The translations under genes were made by a program, and so were the position numbers. This document shows, one piece after another, positions 13,873 to 27,879 of a stretch of DNA of 64,000 bases. Source of the stretch: Octopus vulgaris (lineage: Eukaryota); the NCBI GenBank assembly GCA_951406725.2, contig OX597814.1:55676001-55740000 (forward strand). Direction: 5' to 3'. Under the pieces are notes generated by a model. It did no database searches, was not told where the DNA came from, and was given only the letters and a program-made list of their open reading frames with translations. Each line of letters starts with the position of its first letter. Within the stretch, counting starts at the first letter, position 1.

Positions 13873-14735
13873 CAGTCATAACATTGTTGGTTTCTAAGTG
13901 TGAATAAATATAGTTTATTAATTATTGATTTCTCTTAAAATGGAGGGAGAACTTAAACCATAACAGTAACAGTCTTAGACAGAACCCCAAAAAGAAAAAA
14001 AATTTCTCATTTGATGCATATAACCTAAAGTTTGTTCCATCTTATTCCATAGTGACAAGAACCATTTTTAATAGTTTTTTTTTTCATAATTAATTGAATA
14101 GCAGATATTTTGTTTTATTCTGTTGTGCTAATAGATCAAAGTTTCTTTTCAATGCGCTAATTCTGTTTAAAATAAAATCTCTTAATTTTCTGTGTGACTA
14201 TCGTTTTTTTCCTTACTGTGATTTTAAATATTTCAAATTATTCAATATCTAGAAGCCAAGAGAATTATATTTCAGGGAAAGTGCCTGAAATACTTTTGAC
14301 AAATTACCCATAAAAAATATATTCATATTTCCTATGTTTTTTTTAAAAATTCCAATTCAATAATGTAAATTTAGCAAAAATAAAATGGTGAGCCTAAAAT
14401 TCTATTTATATTAACCTTTGGGGAATATAACACCAATAAAAATAAACCAAGGCTATATTGTCTTTTTTTACCATATAATTTATATTTGTTATTGAACATA
14501 ATGCTAACATATATTTTGATGAAAGAGTTTACTGATACAGAATTTTTTTCCTTTATTCCACCCCTAAAGGAACTCAAATTGGACACATAAACAGCTGATT
14601 AAAAAAAATTGAAGTATATATTGTTCACATTTCTTTTTTTGGGATAAATTTAAATTCAATTCATTTTTTTTTTTAACAAATTTAATAATAATATTTTAAA
14701 ACAAAAATGCAAAAGCTATTCAAGATATCACTAAC

Positions 14736-14759
14736 ACAGACAGAGCTGACTTAATACTT
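14736..14759 (-). CDS. Candidate 24-nt microexon (phase 2-2)
   Basis: Strong acceptor tttttttatttatttatattttgcAG, exon AAGTATTAAGTCAGCTCTGTCTGT, donor GTTAGT. Frame-preserving between the candidate exons at 25223 and 63. Confidence 0.3.
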
Positions 14760-15169
14760 CTGCAAAATATAAATAAATAAAAAAAATTATATTGTTTACG
14801 TACAAAAACGAAACTAATAACTTGGAACCAAAATTATTTAAAAAAGACTCCAGCTTAATGTTATTTACATTAGAACTACATGCATAGGATTATTCCAGAA
14901 TTAGTGCTAACTTTATTTCATGTAAGATAATACAGAATACTCCTAGAACCAATACAAAAATATACAATACACAGTTTTTAACTAATTAAACAATGAAATC
15001 TGATATAATGATGATGGACTCTTCCATTGAAGACAACATATGAATGTCCAGTTTTTGCACAAATGATTTGTTTATAGTGATCTGCACAAAAGATTTGTTA
15101 ATAGTGATCAAAATGCTCATTCTGCACATTAGCTCACTCTCTCCATCAAACTGACATTTTCTGAACAGG

Positions 15170-15540
15170 TGCACTGTGTATCACATGTCAGGTATCAAAG
15201 TGATTGCAGAGCAATGCAAGATGAAATGTTTTGCTCAAGAACACAACACACCACTCGATCTTGGAATTGAGATCACAATTGCTAGATTCTGAGTGCAACA
15301 CCCTAACCAAAAGGCCATGTGTTCTTGTTAATAATAATAATCTTTTCTATTATAGCCACAAGGCCTTAAATTTGGGGGATGGAGCTAGTTGATTACATCA
15401 ACTGGTACTTATTTCATTGACCCCAAAAGGAATAAAGGCAAAGTCGACCTTGGTAGAATTTGAACTCAGAATGTAGAGACAGATGAAATGCTACTTAGCA
15501 TTTTGTCTGGCATGCCAACAACTCTGCACAATTTATCAAA
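15170..15540 (-). mobile_element. Two adjacent decayed tRNA-derived SINE fragments (families D and B)
   Basis: ttgctcaagaacacaac motif shared with 28120-28140, followed by the acaaggcc...aaaggcaaagtcgacct...gaatttgaactcag motif shared with 38889-39056. Confidence 0.65.
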
Positions 15541-16689
15541 TTGGCTTAAATCCACATATGTGAAGAAGTGCAACAATATAGTTAGTTTCATTGATTGTAG
15601 TACAATTTTTAGTACACCGACTCTAGTTTCCTTTATTGATGAAAGAGAAATGAAGAGAAGTCAATTTCAGTAGGAAAGTTTTACAACTTAGAATTTCTGC
15701 AGTTCTTGGGACACTCACTATAAAATAAGTGTTTAAAGGTACTCATTCTTTCAAATAACACTAATCTTCCACAAAAAAAAATGTAGTATCTAAAAATTAA
15801 AGCTGTTGTATAATGCTAATGCCCACAGAAGAGACAAACATTGCAAGTTACCATTCACATCATTGAGACTAGACAAAGAAAAAAATTATCATGTTCATGA
15901 TAATCTTCAACTAAAAACTAAAATTTCTTTTATACATATGCATAAAGTGGTTATTCAAAGTTGCATGAATTGCTTATAACTGTTATAAATGTGAAAAATG
16001 ACCTATGACTGTGTGACATGAGATACATCAAATTACATTAACAAATGCAGATGCCAAGAATGCAATCATTAAAACAAAAATCCATTTTGCTATTTTCATA
16101 TAATATCTGTACTTTGCCAGTAATTCTCATAGCAAGTAAAGTATTTATTTTCAGCAACAATACTTTCCATGCAGTTTCATTTTATCTCTAGTAAGACATC
16201 TGAAAGTAACTTCTATCTCATAATATATAAAGCCAAGGATTAACCAGTTAAGTTACACATGTCATGTGCTGAATAATGTTTTCCTAACCATATTTTAAGT
16301 AAAGTCAGTGAAAAAATAAATTCAAATTGTTTATTTAATATTTTGAGTACATTTCCAAATAATGATTTTTGTTTTTACAGTGGTACAGAACCACAAATAT
16401 ATGGAGAGGTATTTGTCAACTGGACTTATTCCAAGAAAATTTCAATATTTATTCAATATTTTATTGAACCCAGACTAGTAAAAAGCATAACCTGCCAATC
16501 ACCAGTGAAAATAAAATAAAATAAATAAATAAATAAATAAATAAAATGATGTCTAAATTTAAAAAGAAGATATAAGAAAAATTCCTTTTGGATTTCAATG
16601 AGCAAAATTTTCCTATTACAACTCATGAAGATGATCTGATATTTTACCATCTATATATTAACACAATAGCATGTTCTTACCTAACTACC

Positions 16690-16940
16690 CAAGGCTTGGT
16701 CATCATGCCATGCATCCTCTACAGAAATCATGATCTCAACACATAACAACACTAAGACAGAACTACTTCTCAACTGGACCTGCATTTGTAACATCATTCC
16801 AAAACATTTAAAGGAGGAAAGAGATTTCATAACCTTCAAAACATTCCAGGATGAATATCTCCAACAAATTCCAGATAAACCACTTACACCCGGATATACT
16901 GATGCAAATGTGCAGAGGCAATACATCCCAAATTAAAAGA
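16690..16940 (+). mobile_element. CR1-like LINE 3' fragment
   Basis: ORF 16730-16936: CNIIPKHLK...FKTFQDEYLQQIPDKP, resembling the CR1-clade ORF2 C-terminus. Confidence 0.6.
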
Positions 16941-17029
16941 TGTCATTGTGGGTATCCACCTACACTCTGTAGAGGATCAATAGTTGTTGAAGAATGAAGT
17001 ATTTTCTGACTTTGAAGAGAATATCTTTC

Positions 17030-17652
17030 ATCTTTTACTTATTTCAGTCATTAGTCTGCAGTCACACAGAAGCACCACCTTGAAGAATTTAAGTGAACAA
17101 ATTGATTCCGATACTTATTTTGAAATCTGATACTTAGTCTGTCAATCTCTTTTGCCAATCTGCTAGGTTATGCAATAAGGTAAAAAAAGGTAATGAATGC
17201 CAGTTGTCAAGCAATGGTAGAGGACAAACAGAATGATAGATGCATATGTATACACATATGCACATACATACACACACACACACACACATGAAAGTCTTCC
17301 ATATAGTTTCTGCCGATGAAATTCCCTCACAAAGCATTGGTCACCTAGGTTATAGTCCGATGCACCATGCAGCGGGACTGAAACCAAAACCATGTGATTG
17401 CAAAGTGAGCATCTTGACTACAAGAGGGCGCTGAAAAGTTCCTGGGTTTGGGTAAAAGAAAATACAGGAGGATCAGTTAACTATGATTTTATTCAACATA
17501 TTTCCTTCTCAGAGTCACACACTTATTGCAGCAGTCCTTCAGTTTTTCTAAGCCCTGTAAAAGAACCTGGAATGTTGAGCCTCCAACAAGGCCTTTTGTA
17601 ATGCCTTTAAAGCCAGGAACTTTTCAGCACCCCTCATACATTCCCATGCCTG
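17030..17652 (-). mobile_element. SINE family C copy interrupted by a mariner MITE
   Basis: tttcagtcatt...gcaccaccttgaag tail, internal (CA)n and the gggactgaaacc head. The head continues after the MITE at 17639. Confidence 0.6.
17421..17636. mobile_element. Mariner-derived MITE (about 216 bp)
   Basis: TA flanks. TIRs caagagggcgctgaaaagttcctgg and ccaggaacttttcagcacccctca. A second copy lies in opposite orientation at 30993-31209. Confidence 0.85.
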
Positions 17653-18015
17653 CAATTTAAATAATTTTTTTTTTACTTGATTTATTTTTTAGTGTTATTT
17701 GTGTGATATTTGTGATACTTCCATGTGTCTTATTTATGATTTAATTAATATCTAAATCAAGTCCTCAGATCTTCCGCGATGCAGAATAAATAGGTGTTCT
17801 TGTGTTTTACTTTCTGTTTCTCATATTTTAGTGAGTAATCAGTACATGAGACGACAATTTTAGAAAGGAATCTAAGTTGCATGGTATTTTTTAAATACAC
17901 TATCCTTTTCTACAGGTTTGCTTATTTTGGTAAAGTTGAACATCAGTATCTTGTAGGAGCAATTTGTTTTATACTTAGAGACCATTCTTACAGCTTATAA
18001 CTTAACTTTGAAATA

Positions 18016-19533
18016 CACTGAACCACAAAAGAAATGCGATACATGTGTGATTGTGAAATATGTTTTAATTTCATTATGTCAGAGATAAATTTTGATAAAT
18101 CTGATAAAGTCAGTTTCTTGGATGCTCTTTGACCATAATCTATGGGTCATTGTCATGTGTTCTGGTAGTGGGCAGATCCAGCACATCAAGACCATTGAGT
18201 GTGACATATTCAATACCGTGTATGCCCTCTCTGGGTGTTCAAAACGGCCATACACCGTCGGTACATGGAGTGCATAAGGTAGTTCACAAAGGCCATTGGC
18301 ACCTGTGCCCACACCCTAAGGAAAGCTACCTCCAGTTCCACACAAGTTGTCTGTGTTGGGACCACCTGGTTCAGCTATCTCTGGATTTCATCCCACGGGT
18401 ATTCAATTGGGTTTATGTCCAGACTGAGAGCTGGCCATGGCATGGTTCTGATACTGTGCTGATGCAGGACGTCCATGGTGACACTGACCATGTGGGAGGG
18501 AGCATTGTCCTGCTGGAACACATGGTCATGGTGATGCGCAAAGAAGGGTACGATGTGGGGTCTTAAGATCTGTTCAATGTAGTACTGAGCTGTGATGTCA
18601 TTCCTTCTGCCTGCACCAACATTTTGGAACTAGCATTTTGGAATTGATTCAGGCCTATAGCATCCCAAACCATGATGCTTTGGCCACCCCACACATCTCT
18701 CTCCATGACACATGCATCTCTGTAGCGTTCACCCCTCCTATACCACATCCTTACTCTGCCATCTGAGGTGGAAACGCAGTACTGTCTCTCATCAGAGAAG
18801 ACTATCGACCTCGATTGATGATGCCGCCAATGCCCCTGTAGTCATGCTTGATGGTGGAGGGTGGTGAAGACAGGCCCTCGAGCAGGATGATGGCAATGCA
18901 GGTTGTTGGTGGCCTTTTATCATACCCTGTTGTCACTGATGGGTCGCTGTCCAGTGCTAATGGTTTCACGAGTTGTCACACTGGCCGGCCTGAAGCGATC
19001 ACAGAGGTATTGCAGTAGGATGAAGTGATCCTGCCTGGGCATGGTCACCCAGGGGTGCTCTATGTGGGCACGGTCTGCAGTGCTGTTGGTGTTGTTGTAT
19101 TGCTGTTGCAGGTGATAGATGGTGCTGACATGGACATTGTAAGCTTTCACAACAACCAGGGTATACTGCCCTACTTGCAATTGGCTGATTGCTTGTTCTC
19201 TCTGCACTGCTGACAATCAGATCATACCTGATGCGTCCAAATTAGAAATGCCAGAAATGCAGTTCAAATTGATTTTTATACCCATAACCTCCATGAGATG
19301 CACATACATTTCGGTTTTCAAGACAATTGTTTGCAACTGCCACTCACGGCATTCAACGTAGCTGCATTTTGGTGTCTTGCTCAGGGAAAGTTGAAAGGTT
19401 ACCCGCAATTTAGATCTCAGCCATAAACCAGCATATCTTGGAATATTTACACCTACATCACCGGAATAAATTTTCAAAACTTACCATTTAAAAATAACAT
19501 TTGAAAAAATCATGTTTCTTTTGCAGTTCAGTG
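18016..19533 (-). mobile_element. Full-length decayed Tc1 (DD34E) transposon, 1518 bp
   Basis: TA TSD at 18014-18015 and 19534-19535. TIRs cactgaaccacaaaagaaa versus rc cactgaactgcaaaagaaa. Transposase remnants: HTH (QREQAISQLQVG), VFSDE, GGQSIMVWDAI, FQQDNAPSH, WPALSLDINPIEYPWD. Confidence 0.93.
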
Positions 19534-19979
19534 TAATGTACCAAGAATGAAACTCAGGATAATCTAATCAGTAATCCAGACTTTAGCATCACAATCCCTG
19601 TCCTTGATGCTTATTGCTAAAAATATTATTTTTACAAATGTCATTGTAGGGTAACCTGGGTAAGTGTCTTGTACTTGGGTAAATGTTTTGTACAGATTGA
19701 TGCCATGTGAAAGGAATTTAGTAAACAGAAACAATTTTGAAGCCCATTGTATAGGTGTGTGTGGTGGGAGCATGCACATGCCTATGTATGTATACCAGTG
19801 TAAAAAGGGGTGTTGATCTGCATTACTTTACATTAAAAACTAACTTGGCCATGATACACATAGGCTGATAAAATAAGTATCACATTTTAATAAACACATT
19901 GTACTAAAAGTCTGAAAAGGTGATGCTCCCAGTATAAACTACCATACAAAAACTAAAACCAGCAAAAGGAAATATAAAA

Positions 19980-20390
19980 GTTCAGAAAGCTTCTACCCCT
20001 ACTGGTGACAAAGGGTCTCTAGCTCAGAGTGAAAGGTAGATTGTATGATGCATGTGTGCGAACTGTCATGCTTCACAGCAGTGAAACATGGTCTGTGACT
20101 GCTGAAGACATGTGTAGGATCAAAAGAAATGAAGCTAGCATGATCCACTGGATGTGTAATGTCAGTGTGCACACACGACAGAGTGTAAGTGCCCTGAGAG
20201 AAAAGTTAGACATAAGAAGCATCGGATGTGGCATGCAAGGGAGATGTTTGCATTGGTATGGTCATGTACTGCAGATGGACAAGAAGAGCTGTGTGAAGAA
20301 GTACCACTTCCAAACAGTGTAAGGAATCCAGAGTAAGAAACCCAGGAAGACATAGGATGAGGTGATGAAGTATGACCTTCAAACGCTAAT
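19980..20390 (+). mobile_element. RTE-clade LINE ORF2 C-terminal fragment
   Basis: KGRLYDACVRTVMLHSSETW...WMCNVS...LHWYGHVLQM, the typical RTE post-RT region. Confidence 0.85.
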
Positions 20391-20474
20391 ATAGGATACA
20401 ATTTTTTCTTTCAAAAAAATTTTATCAATGGCCAGCATATTAAAAACTTACCTTTAAAGGTTAAATTTATAAAC

Positions 20475-20652
20475 AACTTATAAACAAGGGCAAAAGAAAA
20501 AAATTCTAATGCCAAATATGCATAAATAGACTTAATCATCAATAACCATATAATTTATCACTATAGTGATAAATTATATGGTTATTGACAATTAAGTCTA
20601 TTTGTGTATATTTGGCATTAGAAATTTTTTCTTTTGCCTTTGTTTATAAGTT
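20475..20652. repeat. Spacerless palindrome, 89-bp arms
   Basis: Centre cacta|tagtg at 20563/20564. About 6 mismatches between arms. Confidence 0.9.
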
Positions 20653-20656
20653 ATAT

Positions 20657-20853
20657 ATCATCATCATCATCATCATCGTTTAACGTCTGCTTTCCATGCT
20701 AGCATGGGTTAGATGGTTCAACTGGGGTCTGGGGAGCCCGAAGGCTGCACCAGGCCAGTCCAGTCAGATCTGGCAGTGTTTCTACAGCTGGATGCCCTTC
20801 CTAACGCCAACCACTCCAAGAGTGTAGTGGGTGATTTTATGTGCCACCGGCAC

Positions 20854-20906
<53 letters not shown>

Positions 20907-21170
20907 CATAAGTATATATATATATATATATACTTAGCGGTTCGGCAAAAGAGACCGATAGAATAAGTACTGGGCTTACAAAGAATAAGTCCCAGGGTCG
21001 ATTTGCTCGACTAAAGGCAATGCTCCAGCATGGCCGCAGTCAAATGACTGAAACAAGTAAAAGATAAAAGATAAAAGAAAGATATATATATATAGTCTGA
21101 GACTATAGTAGAAGAAACTGGAACTATGTGGTTGGAAAGCAAACTTCTTACCACACAGCCATGCTTCACC
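20657..21170. mobile_element. SINE family A copy (20657-20853), (TA)n, and SINE family C fragments
   Basis: Family A motif ending gtgccaccggcac. Family C motifs cttagcggttcggcaaaagagaccgatagaataag and aagcaaacttcttaccacacagcc. Confidence 0.75.
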
Positions 21171-21209
<39 letters not shown>

Positions 21210-22112
21210 ACACAAACACCTCTCATAAAGTTAACATGTTATATACATTGAGTAAAATACCTTTAACTTGATGGAGGTTAACAAGGTGAATAGTCACTGA
21301 CACATTTAGGTGTCTTACAGAGTTACTTGTAAATGTTTCATATTTTCTACATGTTGTATATCCATTCTTCCAACTTGTTTAATTCACATAGATATTAAGT
21401 CACAGCACTGACTACCTGTTGAATTATTGTGCACTCTGAGAGATTAAATATCTCCCTAAGCACTTAAATAATGTTCAATCTTTAAAGTTAATGTAAATAC
21501 CTAACATTTAACATATTCCATATTAAAAAAAAATTAAAGAAAGCAAACAAATAATAAAGTTATATCTAAAATCTATAACTATTGTTTCTTCTTATTACTC
21601 TATAGCCTCTTGCACATGTCTTTATGTAAGACATTTTCTCCAGTATTTTCTCCTGTATCTCTAGTCATGGTTTTCCAATAACACAAGTTTAAATAAACTT
21701 TAAATTGCTATGCACACTATCACCTTTTCCTTGTAACATATAAAAAGCTAATAATATAAAATATATGATCTACTATAAGGTGTCTTACACCAAAATGCCT
21801 TATGTTGTATTAAAAATTATCTTGCAAATGAATGTTTAAGATAATTTAAGTATAAACAATTGTTTTGAATATTTGTATTTTGAATTATAAATCAAAGTCA
21901 AAAACTATTCTTGTAAAAGGTTATTAACAATAGTTCAAAGAAGTAACAATCAGTTTTGCATAGTGATAAACAGTAAATAGTTAAACAGTAAATTGCCATC
22001 TTTCATATCTTTAAAACTCACAATTTAATGTAAAAAGAGCCTATTTTCCCTTCAAATGCTAAATCTTCTGAAACAAAAAAAATCAAGGAAAAACTTAATA
22101 CATTATTGAAAT

Positions 22113-22151
<39 letters not shown>

Positions 22152-22345
22152 ATTCTACTACTGCAGTCATTGGCTTGTAGCCATGCTGGGACACAATCTT
22201 CAAAGGTTTTAAATCAATCATATTGACCCCACTGCTTATTTCATTTTGGTAGCTAAACAATCTTTATTCATCAAATAGCTCAGTTACCTTTAGGTGTAAA
22301 AGCGTCTAACTCAAAACATCAATTAACACCAGTACACACAAACAT

Positions 22346-22470
<125 letters not shown>

Positions 22471-24170
22471 GCAACTGATACTTCTTGATAATAAATTTTA
22501 GGCCTATTGTTTTGTGGCTCAAACCTTGCTAGATTAATATATATTTGCAATTTGATTCTCTCCATTTTATTACTTTTTTTAAAACACTGGTAAAAATAAT
22601 AAATATATTGAGTATATAAATACATCTGTTAATAGTACTATAAAGTAATTTTTTGTTACTGAAGCTGAACATATTATTTAGCAGTTGATTTCATTTCATG
22701 TTATAGCTGAATTAATATTAGACCAATCCAATATAAAAATACAGAGACGAAAATATGAACAGATGCACATATACATAAATATATTCATGCACATGTGCAT
22801 ATGCACACACACACACACACACATGTTATTTAATATCACTTGGCAATGTTTCAGTGAGCTATGTTGGGGCAGAACCCAAAGTAAATTTATTCTTTTACAC
22901 TGTCAAATCTAACAAGTAATGATAAATATGGAATTGTTGCAAAGAGTTTATCTGCAGGCTGACTGAATGTCAGGAGGCTTTGATAAAATGTTACCTATAG
23001 GCTCTGGATCATAACTGCAAAGTTGGTATTTTGATGAGAGAGAAGTGAACAGGATTAACTTCAGGGTTGTATCTACATTCCACTATATTAATTTCATATC
23101 CAAAACAAAATTTCACCATAGCTAGGAGTTAGTGGTAATATTTATTAACAGAAATAAGGGGATTTTAGCACAGGCAAATTAAACTAAAACTTTCATATAT
23201 CAAAGTATTAGTATTGATTCAAGAATCACAGTAAAAATATATATTACATTTGAGGTGAATTGCAGAATTAAACTGAAAATATGACAAATTACCATAAATT
23301 ATTCTCAGGATACAGTCTTTTATTGTGTTACCTATGTAATCGAAGCAATTAGCTAACAATATTGCTGATATAATTCCTCATGCAAACTGTTTAAATCTGT
23401 TACATTCTACTTGAATAAGATAACCCAAGCTAGTTTTTATCTTTGTGTATGAAGGTGTATTTCACAAATGATAAACAATTACAAAAATTATAAAGTAGAA
23501 GCCTATTATAATTATAAAGTAGAAGCATGTCTTGTCATATTTTAGATAGCTAAGGTTTTTATTTTTTGTTCCTTTATAATTCAATATGAAAATATAGACT
23601 TAAAAATAATGCAATTGAGATATGATGGCTTAGAATATTATTCATTAAATATCCATGTATGTAAACATTTACATGGAAACAGAATATTATTATTAACTTT
23701 GATTTCAAATGAAAATATATTCGTCTGAATAGTATAGTTTGCATGAAACATTCTCTGATATATATAAATGTTTTTTATAGAGCCAAAACAATGCAACTTC
23801 TCTGTAGTATAGGGTTAACTTACAACACCATTTCTCCACATATTTCCTGGAAAAGTGGATCCTAACCCTGAAATATTGAAATATAAGGTACAAGTACAAA
23901 CCATTAACCTGTATTATTTCTTATAACTTGCATTGTTTAGACTTTATAAAGAAAGAAAAATTAATTAAAATCATTTACATTCATCTAAATATTGGAAATG
24001 CCTTTGATACCTTTACCATATGTAAAAAATAATACATTGTAGTGACAAAAAATATCGAAAAATATAATTCACAGCTGTTAGAAACAGATGTTACTCATGT
24101 ACTAATATATGTCTATAAACAATAGTTTGAAAGATCATATTGGTTAATATATCTAATTGAGGGGGGTGGG

Positions 24171-24227
24171 GAAGAAGAAGAAGAAGAAGAAGAAGAAGAA
24201 GAAGAAGAAGAAGAAGAAGAAGAAGAA
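24171..24227. repeat. (GAA)n microsatellite
   Basis: Direct inspection. Confidence 0.97.
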
Positions 24228-24479
24228 AACTGTAGCAGTAGCCTAACGTGAAGACGATATTGAGTGTGAGGAGTCAATAGTCTCAATTAAATGAATACTG
24301 AAACTATAAGAATTAAGTCATAGTTATATCAAGCATATATTATTCTGGTTAAGATTTGTAGTAATATTTAAACAAAATAAATATGATAAAGTCAAAGAAT
24401 ACTTTATAGTAATTTTCTAAAAAACAAAACTTAGTTGAGCTATATTGGTAAATCAGTAAAAGTTGAAGCCAGTAATATA

Positions 24480-24757
24480 CAGAATGGGCCAAAAGTCAAG
24501 CACCAAAACAGTTGACATTTCATTTATATTACTTTATTATTATTATTATTATTATTATTATCATCATTTTTATTATTGTTGTTGTTGTTGTTGTTATTGT
24601 TGTTGTTGTCATTATTTATTTTGTTCATCATGTGCAAGTACGTGTGTATTCATTATTATTTTATTTATTTCATTCGATGTAAGAAAAATTGAAGCATGTC
24701 TTTGACAATTCCTGAGTGTAATGAACTTATTTTGTGCATGACTTTTCGCCCACCCTT
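24480..24757. mobile_element. Tc1/mariner-type MITE with internal (TAT)n/(TGT)n
   Basis: TA flanks. TIRs cagaatgggccaaaagtcaagcac versus rc aagggtgggcgaaaagtcatgcac. Confidence 0.65.
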
Positions 24758-25222
24758 TATAAATAAGGAAAAAAAAAAAATAAAACAATAATTGCATGAT
24801 GCTAATAATAAGAGGTATAAGTTGGATCCAGTGTGTAGATTTCCTTTCTAACCTCAACATTTATATACTTTTATATTGTATTGATAAGATGTACTAGAAG
24901 TAATGTGAAAACTACTTTAAAGCCTTGAAAATATACCATGTTCAAATACATGGATTTTAGTTTTGAAATACTTCATGTACAAACCAGGTATGTTGTTATT
25001 ACACGTCTCATGTAATTTCTAAAGAAAAAACTTCACATAACTGTTAATCATGTGTCTATTGTTTTTATTTCTTTTTGTAAAAAAAACAAAAACTTAAAAT
25101 TATAAATCTGTATACAACATAACACTAACAGAAAATTAACCAAAAAAATAAACAAAATATAAGAAAACAGTATTTAAATAAAATGTGTTCAACATCACCA
25201 TTTGTTCACATTTTTCTCTTAC

Positions 25223-25410
25223 TTTGGAGGTGGTGGTATATTATCTGCACTATCAGTTAATCCTATGACTCCACTGTTCCGATGGACATGGAAATTTCGA
25301 TAAGACCTTTCTCTCATAGGAAGAACCCGTGAATGGACATAATAGCGATGATGTAGCCAAATATTTGTCATCTCTTTCTGATCTCTCTGGTAGTACAACC
25401 CGATATACAT
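25223..25410 (-). CDS. Candidate first coding exon (MYIGL... or MTNIWLHH...GLTDSADNIPPPP), ending at a phase-2 donor
   Basis: Non-repetitive, GC-richer ORF. Its apparent stop lies inside a donor consensus CCAAA|GTAAGA. An in-frame stop precedes ATG 25410 and a second ATG is at 25371. Confidence 0.55.
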
Positions 25411-26525
25411 TGAATTGATAATCTGTCACAAATGTTGACACTAGAGTTGTGGTAGCATTTCTCTACTTACTCCCTCTGCTACTGCTGATGAAATTCTCCA
25501 CATACAGTGAGCGACATCAACTTTAATCAGTTACCAGGTAATAAAGGGGAAATATCATTGAGTTGTTATGTAGAGTGGTTAGTTGAAGAAGAAAAAAAGT
25601 ACCGAGCTTTGTATTATCTAAATTACATGGAAAATAAATAAGCATAGAGAAATAATTGAATCCAACAAAACCATTTTATGAAAAGAAAAAAGAGAAATTT
25701 TTTATGGCTACTTTCATCAACAAAAGAATAGCTAATATTAAATTAGTATATTAGGTATGATGGAAAGGAAATAGTTTACATTCTAAGATATATTTGATTT
25801 ATTTATAGAGTTATTAAAATTCAAACATATCTACAATAATAAATATTATATTATTTTTTAGATTTACCTATATTTCAGCTTTTTATATTACCTTTACATA
25901 TTTTAGAATGTCTTATAAATAACAAAAAATATAATTTCATAAAACTGAATTGTTTAGACATGGTATTTAAGGAGATAAGTTCAATTAATCATTTTAGATG
26001 TTGCCTGGAGAAAATGTAAGATGCAGAACATTAAATGTCAGAGAATATTTAAGTTTAGCAAATAATTGGATTACATGTAAAAAGGCAGAGTAGTTGGGTA
26101 AAGAATAATAAGAAAAAAGATGAGGCTGAAATGAAGAGAAAATACAGAGAGGAAGAGAGAGAGAAAAAGACAAAGACACCGAGACACAGAGAAAGTTGAT
26201 TGATTGGCTACTGCAAATTTCATACTATAAATACACTTAGAGAATAATTTACTACTATACAACAATTGCAATGAAGTGATAATAATTGCAGGCATGAACA
26301 ACATGAATAAAAATAAACGTATACATGAAATTCGTGATGTATGAAACTTAAATTTAGTGAGTTGCAGTGAAGTTTTGTCAACTTGAAATTCATAAGCTTT
26401 AACACAAAACATATTTCACAATCTTCTTTTCTATTTCAAACCAACTCTTCTATTCTGTTATATATTCTAATAAATTAGTCAAAGAAGAAGAGAGAGATAT
26501 TGCCAATGTATTTGTGTGTGTGTGA

Positions 26526-26693
<168 letters not shown>

Positions 26694-26727
26694 ACACTTA
26701 GATGGCATACGCACATACACACATGTA

Positions 26728-26792
<65 letters not shown>

Positions 26793-26840
26793 AATATATA
26801 TATATGTGTGTGTGTATTTGCACTGGCACTTATCAAGTGA

Positions 26841-27216
26841 CTAGCAGTATCGCCCGGCGTTGCTCGGGTTTGTAAGGGAAATAACTATAAAGCATTTTTA
26901 GAGAGTTATAGCCAAAAAATGGAAAAAAAATTATGGTAAATTTTTTTTTTAGTTCAAAAGGTCGAGTTGCGTCCCCTAGACAGTCTGTGGTTTGTGTTTC
27001 TGATTCTCGACCCCATGTCGAATTTATCGATTTTTTCAGAACTGGGGGAACTTTTCAAAATTTTCGCTGCGTTAGTTTTGAATTATGACATTGGGCTATG
27101 TGTGTGTCACGTTTCATCAGAATCGGTTGAAAGCCGTGGTCAGGGTGAGGGTACAACCTAACAGACACACAGAAACACACACAGACAAACTGCTGTTTAT
27201 ATATATAAAGAAGAGA
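26841..27216 (-). mobile_element. Non-autonomous Helitron, copy 1
   Basis: On the minus strand: 5'-TC start, 3' hairpin cccgagcaacgccggg and CTAG end. Inserted between A26840 and T27217 without TSD. Confidence 0.88.
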
Positions 27217-27700
27217 TAAGTGCCAATACACGAAACACTTGGCTCTTGAGTCAGTCTTTTGTCTCTGCTAAATATTAATAAGAATATACAAATATTCATA
27301 TTTTAAATTTGATTTTTCCTGTTTGCATCTCTGTACTTATATATATACATACACACACACACATATATAAGGATATATATATGCATACATATATATATAT
27401 ATGCATACATATATGCATACATATATATATATATATATGCATACATATACATATATATATATATATATATGCATACATATATATATATATATATGCATAC
27501 ATATACATAAATATGCATACATACATATACATATGCATACATATATATACATATATATGTAATATATATATATATCATATATATATTATTATATATTATA
27601 TATTATATATATATATATACATAGCATACATATGCTTACACATATTTATATACATATATATGCTCACTCACACACGTATATATGCATTCATACACATATT

Positions 27701-27734
<34 letters not shown>

Positions 27735-27879
27735 TGTTTTCAACCATATATATACACATATATATATATGTATACATAATATATATATATATATATACAT
27801 AAAAATTATATATAAACATATATCATCATCATCATCATATATACATACCTATATATGCATAATCATTATATACATTATA

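Noticed and set aside
15056-15109. Short tandem duplications (27 bp here; about 25 bp at 23487; 20 bp at 37345)
   Set aside because: Ordinary two-copy slippage duplications with no further structure.
22995-23014. 20-nt candidate microexon (ttgcAG|TTATGATCCAGAGCCTATAG|GTAACA)
   Set aside because: Not a multiple of 3. It would shift the phase-2 model and works only if exon 25-63 is read in phase 1. No support without RNA data.
23823-23867. Apparent minus-strand exon (tttcAG|GGTTAGG...TGTT|GTAAGT)
   Set aside because: The acceptor half matches the repeat arm at 44410-44530, so it is probably TE-derived, and 44-45 nt of such sequence gives no independent coding evidence. Exonisation is not excluded.
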